Shown here piece by piece: positions 11,305-19,953 of a DNA stretch of 64,000 nt. The notes beneath the pieces are model-generated. The model was given only the letters and a program-made list of their open reading frames with translations, did no database searches and was not told the origin of the DNA. A program made the translations under genes and the position numbers. How positions within the stretch are numbered: position 1 is the stretch's first letter; the number at the start of each line of letters is the position of its first letter. The stretch comes from Cyanidioschyzon merolae (Eukaryota): NCBI GenBank assembly GCA_000091205.1, contig AP006483.2; one strand, 5' to 3'.

Positions 11305-13809
11305 GGATCTGCAACGCGTGGCTGCGGGGCGCCTGCGATGCCTCCGGCGCGTTGTGCGGCGACGATTCGTCGACGCGCGCGGAGCCTAGACGCTCCTGCG
11401 AGGCGCTCTGCTGAAGCGTGCGGATCGCGTACGCAACGGTGCGCGATCGCCCATGCGTGCAGCGAATCCGCCGCCGCCGCCGCCGCCGAGCAGGCCAGAC
11501 GTGTCCGCTTAGGCGGCAAAAACGGCGTTTTGCTGCAGAGCGCACTGTAGGTACAAGCATTCAGTGAGACAATGGAGATGCTGTCGCGTGGCAGACGTGA
11601 ACGTGAGGTAGTCAGTTAGAGCTGTATTCCTAGCAAGTTGTTGCCCAACAACGTATACGTTGCGTGAGGCCGCGGCTCTGTCCGTCACGTTAGCGCTGTC
11701 CGGTAGCTGTGGCTGCTTACGTTCCCGCTCAGACGGAGAGACGGGGTGAGGCTCACGCCAACGCTTTTGTGCTCCGGGGCCTCTGGTTAGGTTGATGAAT
11801 ATGCCGTCATCAAAAATCAGCACTCGCTTTTCTTTCGGACTGGGACCTAGGACGATACGATGAAGCAGGCGGGCGACTCGGGTTAAGGCATCACCAGTGG
11901 GTACCTGTGCGCGAAGGGTGCTGGTCGAGCCGGCGATCCTCGGCGGCAGCAAAGTCGCCTGGAAACACCTGTGCGCCTTCAATAAGCTGATATGGCCCAG
12001 ATCGCGCTCCGTCGCTCTGTTGATCTTTGTTAGAGCTGAATATTGCTTGAGCGTTGGGAGCTCTGCTGCCCGTTATAGACTTGTGTCCACGTCGTTCCTC
12101 CCGAAGGCTTGCGCGCTCTTCGGTTTTGTGAGAACTCTATCACCAAGCCATATGGAGCGGAGACCGTGGTGCATGCAAGAGAACGATTATTTTTAGCAAC
12201 TGCCTCCAAAACCCTGATCGCCGCAAGATATACGCAAAAAGCTCCTGCCTAGGTATCTTTCCATGGGGCGTTTTTGGAAACGGGTACAAGATCGGATCGC
12301 AGCCGTGGAGTCTCGGTGCTGCAGACAGGAAAGCTGCTCTGTGAAGTTCCATGCTTTGAGGTTGCGGGCTACTGCCAATGTGAGATTTCATAGGTAAGAA
12401 TTTGGTTAATGTTCGTCGGGACGTGCAGTGGTTGACCGCACTTTTGCCGCTGCAGCAAGGTCTGAACAATTGAAACAGCGCACCCTCTTTTTCCTTTTTA
12501 TTTATTTTTCTCGCAAGTATTCAATAGATGGAATGTGTTCTCAAGTCTCAAGAAAGGCTGCGGAAAGACTTGATTTTGTCCCTGGTTACTGGCCAGAAAC
12601 GCCTTGGCTTGTACTTCTCAGGTATTCTTCGGTCATAAAGTGGACGAGCCACTCTACCTCGACTCTCTCTTCTGAAACTCGTATATCGAAACAAAGCTTA
12701 TGAAGCGCTATCTACACAAATGCCTCCTCATCTGAACATTGTACTCCAGAGGATTTTTAAGATGAATTTCAGAAGGAGCTACAGGATACGAAGTTTTCGT
12801 ACAGTTCGTTCGAACGGTGATGAAGAGACACGTATCGACGTGCAGAAAAAAAGCACGCTCGTATGGGTGATCGTCTCGCCTTGAGCAACACACTACCAAT
12901 GCCGCCGTGAAACCCGATATCTCATTACGGGATAGAGCGGTGCTTTTCTAAGTCGATGCGACTGGTTCCCGGATAAATGTTAGAGCTATTGAGGGGTCCT
13001 CAGCGAGCGACCAATTGGCTGCACTTACAGAAGAAACCAGCGAGAATGACGAGAACATCAGCACTAGCAGCCATTCAAACGAGTGATCGCCTAGAAACCA
13101 CCAAATGGACGGGATCCTTCAACAACTCATCCTTGGTTAGAGCTTTTCGTGGCTCCTCTTTCCCACATTATTATGACCTCTTCTCAGGAAATGGTGGTGT
13201 GAGTCACTTGGAAACTTTCACGGAGTGTGCAGCTCAGCCTGGTGTTGAGCTGCGCTCTCTGCCATCCTATCCGCCCTGCTTCCTCCTGGTCGAAGGCGTC
13301 TTCCCTGCTGTTCGACGCCATGCTTATAGTCACGACTCAGTAGATGTGTCGTTCACTCCTGTGAAACCGCTCTCCATCTAATAGTTCTATAATTTCACAG
13401 GTCGTGGACAGCTCAATTGCCTCTTTGCTCTAGTGCAGGAAGGAGAGAAGTGACTCGCTTCGTTCAGAGAGCGTGCTCTAGACGGTTCAGTTTGAGAAAT
13501 GGTACTTGTTGAATTGTGAATACGCGTATCGAGTAGGCGAGATTCAGTCACGCCGTCCACACAGTGCGTCTGAATCCCGGCGAAAACGGATGCGGAGTAC
13601 TGGGACCATACGGGAATCATCCCGCCAACTAAATGGAACGGACAAGAAAAATCCAGACAAAGAGCCGAAGGATCTTCTCGAAAAGCGGACGAGGAAGGAC
13701 AGAACCCAAAACTCTCGGAGCCAATTGATCAGTCCTGAATGGCTGTAAACGTCCTACATGAAAACCAATCAACGGATTCAATGTTCCCAAACGTGAGATG
13801 CAGGACGCC

Positions 13810-15377
13810 ATCAGGGAACAGGTAGCTCCATAGAGTCTTTCAACTTTTGTTTCTGTTCCAATCAGGTTGCGGTGTTTAGCAGGATATCTACATGACGATG
13901 CGATATACCGTATAGATCGTAGATGAATTCCACGTATGATATATACTTTTCTGATCAGTGCCAGCAGGACTGCATCCTTCCTTCGGGTCAGTCATGCCAC
14001 AGTGCTCAGATGGTTGAGGCACACTGATAGAAACAGGTACATGCGCTCCGTGCCGAAAACCGACATTCTCACAGTGTGTTTGCGGTCAATGGCAGAAAGC
14101 GACCCATCGTTCACGTTATGGAGGGTGAACGTGACAACAGTAGCCACCACGGGCGTCTCTGTTTCTCAACATCTTGTTCATGTTGCCCTGAAAACACTAG
14201 GATTCAGTTGCAAAGGAAATAACAAATTTCACGTACGGTCATCTTCTGTCAAAGTACCTACGACAGCGTTCATGGAACGTCGCAAGCGTTATGAGGCAAA
14301 GGACGTCGATTTGTTTTGTCATTCGATGAGGTTTGTTTCGGACGAAACGGTCGGAGCGTATGCGGGTATTCGTGGAGCGGCGCGCCCGTTCTTCGCACGA
14401 TCCAACTCGAGAAGAACGACGACATCTTTAGCTGTTCTAGGTGCAGTGGATTCATTTGGCGGCCTCGGATTCGCACGTAGTCAAGGCTTGTACAACAGCA
14501 TTCACTTTATCGAATCATTGAAGACTTCCTCGACGTCTGGTGACGTCCTTTGGATTAAGCAACATGGCATTGCACCATTTCTTTTTGCATTCATACTTTT
14601 GCCGATTCTGTCCGAGAAAAGCTGCATTTCATTCCTCCGTTCTATCTTTGTTTCAACCCAATCGAAGGAATGTTTTCTATCGTGAAGCGTAAGGATGGCT
14701 CCACTGGGCGAATCGCTGAAGCGTTCTGCAGACGGTGACACACTGGGAGCATATATCGTATTCCTTCGGCAAGTCTATCCTTTCCGGGAAAATCCTCCAC
14801 TAAGAACATAAAGAAGCGTGTTCATTTCAAGAATTAAAAAATCCAAGGAACAGGCATGCACGTGAAATTCGAGGATCCTGGAGGTCCGGTGTCGTTGGGT
14901 TCGAAAAAACGAAAACCTCCTCTTCTCGCCGACCGTCGAGCAAAGAAGAGAAATTTACGAGGAAGAAGAAGAGGGTACATAGGCGAGAAAAGCTATTTAA
15001 TTTACAGGATGATGACGAGACTCTAATGACACAGAGGGCTCGAGTCCTAGCAATCCTTGCAAAGGTGAGTCCACCAGATGCAATGCACGCTAGTAGTTCG
15101 CAAACTGCGACTTCTACGCCGCCGTCAACATTCGACAATATGCGGTGCTGAAGACGAGGCCCGAGAAGCTTTCGCGACGCGACTTTGTATGGCAGCCTCT
15201 CAGACTCGAAGTTTTCAGGGAGAAGCTGAAGCCGATAACAGGTGGCGGGCAAAAAAGGCTGGGAGGCGTCTGCGGCTCGGTATTATTTTACCCCACGGTC
15301 GCGGAACAGTCTCGCTCCTTTGAACTTTCTGCATGCGTATCTCTAGACGGGGTACACTTGCTCCCAGAGCACACGTT
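13810..15377 (+). mobile_element. Copy C of a ~1.5 kb TnpB/Fanzor-like (OMEGA-type RuvC nuclease) element; degenerate, with frameshifts and stops.
   Basis: Nucleotide homology over ~1.5 kb to reverse-complemented copy D (55193-56720). It is also homologous to the 3' parts of copies A and B. Its frames encode ...KFEDPGGPVSLGSKKRKPP... (RuvC-II-like) and ...DFYAAVNIRQYAVLKTRPEKL (RuvC-III DxNAAxNI at 15109-15135). Confidence 0.6.
13936..14685 (+). pseudogene. N-terminal reading frame (249 aa) of the TnpB-like protein of copy C. It includes a candidate degenerate RuvC-I (SGDVLWIKQHG).
   Basis: Its protein aligns with the D-copy ORF 55926-56375(-) (VSQHLVHVALK/VSQQLVHIVLK, ETVGAYAGIR/ETFGAYMGIR) and with A-copy ORF 63608-63877(-). 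It is interrupted by stops before the RuvC-II/III segment. Confidence 0.45.
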
Positions 15378-16772
15378 GATGACCTGGAAGCTGCCTATGG
15401 GCAACGTAAGGATGTGTGTCAGATGTGTGCGGGCAGTGTGGGGTATGGACCCGCCCCAGCTGCCCTGCAGGCGGTTTCAAGGCTTGAGGAACACCTAGGA
15501 GGTGGCTACGGTCCAGTCGCCGGTGAGTCCGCTTTATTGGCGAATCTTAGGGAAAAACTTTTCCTGCACAATGGGATAGACGTTGACGCACAGCGCGCAG
15601 CAGTTCTTGTAACTGCCGGTGCGAACCAGGCGTTTGTGAACGTGCTACTCGCGGTCGCCGATAGCGGCGACGCGGTTATTCTGTTTGCCCCCTACTACTT
15701 CTCACACTACTCGGCTGCATTATTTGCCGGCTTAAGACCGATAGTTCTGAACTCGAATTCCCACGAAAGCGTTGCCGGCGCTCTGCAATATTACTCCGAG
15801 AACTTGCTTCATTCTGAGGTGCCCAGCGTTGAAACGGTGCGAGCTGTGGTTGTTTGCACGCCCTGCAATCCTACAGGCAGCGTCTTAGATAACGCCGAGT
15901 TATGGAAGATTGCTCATATATGCGAAGCTCATGATTGGTGGTTAATCATAGATGAAGCTTATGAGCACTTCGATTTCGAGATGCAACTTTTGGAGCGGGA
16001 CGGAGAACTGACCCTGACCTCGATAGTGAGCCCGTCGTGTCTCACGGGGCTACCGCAGCGAATTCGTCGTCCGTACCTTATGCATAATCGGTCAATTCAT
16101 ATCTTTTCTATGTCGAAGTCATTCGGCATGGCGGGATACAGAGTGGGCTATATCCTTTGTCCGCAAACGGCCCCTATTCAAGATGGAGCGGATCTGTTCG
16201 ATGCACTCGTGCGGGTGAACGACACGATCGTGACCCATGCATCCCGCCAGAGCCAACTTCTGGCTCTCTGTGTGCTTCGGGATCCCGCCTGCATTAGCAC
16301 GCTCCAGTCCAGGCGACTAAGAGTGCTTCTTTACGTACGGGAGCTCTACCAGTTCGCTTTCAAGATGGTCAGAGCCGGACTGATCGAGCTCACACCATCG
16401 ATGATGGAGGTACTCAGAACATGCCAAAGAAACGGGCGCCCCTTTCGCATTGGCGCCTTTTACCTTTTCTGCCGTGCGTTACCGAAGAGGAATGGCTCCA
16501 CGCGTGTTGCTCGAGCTAGTGATCTCGAGTTGTGCCATTTTCTCGCAGATTCATATCGAGTGCTTGTTGCACCGGGGAGCATCTTTGGCACGGATGCGCG
16601 CGAATGTTGGATACGCGTTTCTGTCGGCGCTTGTTGTTGTAATGATATCCATGGTTTGCGAGATGCGCTTCGTCGTTTAGCAGCCGGTATCGCTGCGTTT
16701 CAAGAGCAGAAATTAGCGCGCAAGGTGAGTAGCGTCGATAACGACAACTTGGTGGTATCTACAACGTTTTGA
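15333..16772 (+). CDS. Class I/II pyridoxal-phosphate-dependent aminotransferase; substrate specificity not assignable.
   Basis: Fold-type I aminotransferase motifs: YGPVAGESALLANLRE, VLVTAGANQAF...GDAVILFAPYYFSH, CNPTGSV, IIDEAYEHF and SMSKSFGMAGYRVGYI (PLP-lysine SxSK motif). The first ~14 codons overlap the 3' end of element C, so the true start may be Met31 (about 15423). Confidence 0.8.
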   Translation: MRISRRGTLAPRAHVDDLEAAYGQRKDVCQMCAGSVGYGPAPAALQAVSRLEEHLGGGYGPVAGESALLANLREKLFLHNGIDVDAQRAAVLVTAGANQAFVNVLLAVADSGDAVILFAPYYFSHYSAALFAGLRPIVLNSNSHESVAGALQYYSENLLHSEVPSVETVRAVVVCTPCNPTGSVLDNAELWKIAHICEAHDWWLIIDEAYEHFDFEMQLLERDGELTLTSIVSPSCLTGLPQRIRRPYLMHNRSIHIFSMSKSFGMAGYRVGYILCPQTAPIQDGADLFDALVRVNDTIVTHASRQSQLLALCVLRDPACISTLQSRRLRVLLYVRELYQFAFKMVRAGLIELTPSMMEVLRTCQRNGRPFRIGAFYLFCRALPKRNGSTRVARASDLELCHFLADSYRVLVAPGSIFGTDARECWIRVSVGACCCNDIHGLRDALRRLAAGIAAFQEQKLARKVSSVDNDNLVVSTTF

Positions 16773-17856
16773 TCGTGTCTGCTGCTAAGACCCGTAGCGG
16801 TAAAGATCTGGTCAAGAGCATGATCGCACAAGACAAGCCTCGCATGACCAATATCCGACTGCGGCTACTCGATCGAAAGAGCAGTAAATAAGCACATTTC
16901 TGAAAAAAAAGCACAGAATGCGCGGGCTCGACGCGAAACCGAGTTAGACGGCAGTGTAACTCGGGACGCAGCCTAATTTACTTCCAAGGTATAGTGCGTA
17001 CGCTTTCAGCCATGATTATTCCGGAGCAAAAATGAAGCATGTGAAATGCGCACAAGCTGAGGCAGCCGCTCTGTTGGCTAAGCGCTTCCAAGCTATCTAG
17101 CTTCGCACAAGATCTGGAATTTTTCTCCATTAAGGCTCGCCTTAGCTCTATGCTCGAGTCTTGTAGCAAGAACTCTGCGCTTCGGACATAGAACGAGCTG
17201 ACGAAACAAACACAACCTGTTGGCATTCAGAACTGAAATGCAAGACACATGTACTCGCTTTGTTCCTGCCTCGAGATTTGCACGGCCTTGCTTTAAATAA
17301 AAAAGCTCGACTTCCGCAAGAAGTAATATGATCTTACGGACACTTATATTGTTTTAAGATTCCGGATGTCTTTTTTGAGTAGCTCTCTTGGCGCTTTTCC
17401 GCTGGAAGTGTAACGTCAATGGAATCAATACCGTTCGCGACGATCTCGGACAAAAAACGTCTATCAAGCAACCGATGTCAATATTCATTGCATACGTACA
17501 AGCACCAAGTTCTCTCGTTTCATTACTTGGAGCATGCTCAATCCAAGCATGCTTGAGGTTTTCGACTTTCTGCATGGGTGGAACTCTTCGGGAACAGCAA
17601 TGCGCGCTGCTGGATTGACAACGAACATAACCCGACGTCATCCCTTGCCGATTTCTGCACACGCCCATGCCAAAAGTTCACTTAATTTGTCATATCATAT
17701 CATAGGTTCCGTTTGAAAGACGAATCCTCCTCTCTCTGTCTATAGAAGCAATAGAATTTGACTTCGGCAGCAGGGTTCCTCCCGTGGGATATGCTTCCAG
17801 TCGCTCTCGTCTCTGTTCTTTGCATTTTCAAGTGCCTTGAAGTCGGACGTGAGTCA

Positions 17857-18498
17857 TTACGGGCATCGTTTCCAGTGGACATGCGTCACCGCCTTGTACG
17901 AAGGAAGCGCGGAAGACTCGAAATATCTCGATTTGTCTCGGGCGTGGATTCTCCTTCTACTATTTGTTTCATGATGGAAGAAATCGCGTTCTAGAAATCC
18001 TCTGTCAAATGCGACAACGTGCGCTCGCATGTGCGGAGGATGGAGTAATGGCTTGGAGATGGTGAAAAAACAAACGCGTGATTGTAGCATATGGCATCGA
18101 GCGCAGAGACGGAGAAGAGCATCGGCGGGGAGAGTTCTGTATTGGTCAAGTGTATGTACCTGGCAATGAAACAAGCGCTGACGCATCACAGGGCAGTTCG
18201 CAACGGACGTGTGATGCACCTGCGGGAGCCCATGACCGAAGTTAAGTGTCAACGTTGCAAACGGGGCAACAAGTCTGTACACGAACAAGATGAAAATGAC
18301 GAGCGATGTGTATATCGCGGCTTCCGCCCGGGCACAAAACGCATCGACAACAGCCTGAAGCCGCAAAAGTGGGACTTGGGCGCTGTTATCAACATCATTC
18401 GAGTGGAGACAACGGAGCTGGAGTGGCAGGAGAGGCCGGCGTGTTGAAAGCGAGACAAAATTGAAAGGAAAAGAGAGCAGCAAGAGAAAAGCTGGCAC
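17857..18498 (-). CDS. P-family small-ORF locus, copy P2. Paralogous to P1 (27127-27495) and P3 (49105-49528). No ATG at the conserved start position (GTG instead), so it may be a pseudogene.
   Basis: Conserved block ...LQLRCLHSNDVDNSAQV...ARAEAAIYTSLVIFILFVYRLVAPF...HHTSV is shared with P1 and P3 at protein level and at nucleotide level (~65-70 % identity). The 5' flank is also shared. Confidence 0.25.
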   Translation of the reverse strand: MPAFLLLLSFPFNFVSLSTRRPLLPLQLRCLHSNDVDNSAQVPLLRLQAVVDAFCARAEAAIYTSLVIFILFVYRLVAPFATLTLNFGHGLPQVHHTSVANCPVMRQRLFHCQVHTLDQYRTLPADALLRLCARCHMLQSRVCFFTISKPLLHPPHMRAHVVAFDRGFLERDFFHHETNSRRRIHARDKSRYFESSALPSYKAVTHVHWKRCP

Positions 18499-18499
18499 G

Positions 18500-19060
18500 C
18501 GCTAGTTTTCATGATAGTGAGAATCAAACCAAAAATTCAGAGGGTCCACCGGAATCAATAACTGGACCCCCTCAACTTAATTCTGATATGGGTGCGTTTT
18601 CGTTTAGTTCAAAGAGTGCTTGGCCCCAATCGCTTCGGCCTCGTCGCTCGCACAGCGTGAAGTCGCGAAACATGAAAGCGTTTCCCCCTTTTTTCATGAC
18701 AGTTGGAACCAGACCAAAAAATCTAGAGTGTCCACCGGAATCAATAACTGGACCCCCTCAACTTAATTCTGATATGGGTGCGTTTTCGTTTAGTTCAAAG
18801 AGTGCTTGGCCCAAACGCTTCGGCCTCGTCGCTCGCACAGCGTTAAGTCGCGAAACATAAACGCGTTTCCCCCTTTTTTCATGACAGTGGGAACCAGACC
18901 AAAAAATCTAGAGTGTCCATCGGAATCAATAACTGGACCCTCTCGAATTAATTCTGATATGGGTGCGTTTTCGCTTAGTTCAAAGAGTGCTTAGCCCCAA
19001 ATGCATCAGCTTCGTCGCTCGCACAGCGTGATGACGCGCATTACATTCGGGCTTGCTCAT
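18500..19060. repeat. Tandem array of three units, ~184-186 bp each.
   Basis: The 20-mer ccaccggaatcaataactgg recurs at ~18546, 18732 and 18916 (third copy ccatcgg...). Units are ~90 % identical. The first unit is continuous with the 5' flank of P2. Confidence 0.85.
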
Positions 19061-19953
19061 TTCTGCAACGACTTGGTATGTTTTCGAAGGCTGGCGTGCA
19101 GAAGCAGATAGGTGCTGATGCCTTCGCTATCGGAGCTTATAAAACTGGAATTCTTCCGTCAAAGAAAACGGGTTGGAGCAGCATTTTCTTTCTCGTAGTT
19201 GTTGCGGCGACTTCTGGTTGGTACGGTTACGCTCTTGGTCGCGAGCAGGCACGTCGGACGCTCTGTCGGGAAATTTCTGAACTTCGACAGTCGCTGCAAA
19301 CTTTGGAAACCTCTCAGGATCGAAATGCTCAGCGATAAGCTGCGCGTTAACAGTTCCGTAGCATTGGTAGGCTATTTTCGAATCACGTAGAACATCTGGA
19401 CGACCACTGTCACGTGAGACTGCTGGAGGTGTCGAGCGCTCCTCTGCTCGTGTTGAACTTCGGAAAGGGGTTTAACGCCAAGACCAAGTTTCAGTAGATA
19501 CGAGCAGCTGCATCTTTGAGCGTGTGGCTTCTTTGAAGAAATCACTTCGATTTTTTTACGGGGCCTCCGGTTTGGCAGAAGAAGCTGCAACATACCAACA
19601 GTCTGCAGTGAAGGCACAAGATCTCTGTGTGTACGGATCGCGAGGCTTCTGGAATGGCCCGGGGGAACGCGCTTGATGCTTCTTTGGACAATATTCGGTA
19701 CAAGGAACCACTGCGCCATATAGATCAGACTCGGGCCGACGCCCTGTATGTGTGTTTGTCCGAGTCGTAGCGCTCGTTTTTTTTCTCGAGAATGCTGCTG
19801 CCATGCGTATCGCGGAAGGCTTCGGGCATCAGCGCTATCGCACGTAGGTCTTTTGTATGACGCTGCTCCATACCAAAGCTCAGCTATTCGTCGCCCGAGT
19901 TCGTGACAATTTTCGATTCAGAGCTGCGGATGCGACGCGTCGCGCTGGGGACC

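Noticed and set aside
14353-14373. GAYAGIR/GAYMGIR considered as the RuvC-I motif (GIDLG-like) of the element protein
   Set aside because: It lies ~254 aa upstream of RuvC-III and carries Tyr where the catalytic Asp should be, in both C and D. The S-G-D/S-R-D/V-G-D segment ~170 aa upstream of RuvC-III fits TnpB spacing better. The GAY block is probably in the WED/REC-like region.
15033-15048. tRNA T-arm-like sequence gggctcgagtcc
   Set aside because: It has C instead of the invariant T54 and no plausible acceptor or anticodon stems nearby. It lies inside element copy C.
15055-15070. Canonical-looking splice donor AAG|GTGAGT shared by element copies B and C, suggesting an intron in the TnpB-like gene
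   Set aside because: Copies A and B read straight through this position in frame into the RuvC-III motif, so no intron is needed. The GTGAG is probably coincidental.
18500-19060. Tandem arrays (185-bp x3, 136-bp x2, 77-bp x2, 69-bp x2) considered as possible CRISPR arrays
   Set aside because: The units are long and contiguous, with no short repeats separated by unique spacers of regular length. The genome is eukaryotic and has no cas genes. They are ordinary tandem duplications.
18500-19060. 185-bp tandem units considered as a 5S rDNA or snRNA gene array
   Set aside because: No similarity to 5S rRNA box motifs or a conserved 5S helix pattern, and the unit continues the P2 flank.
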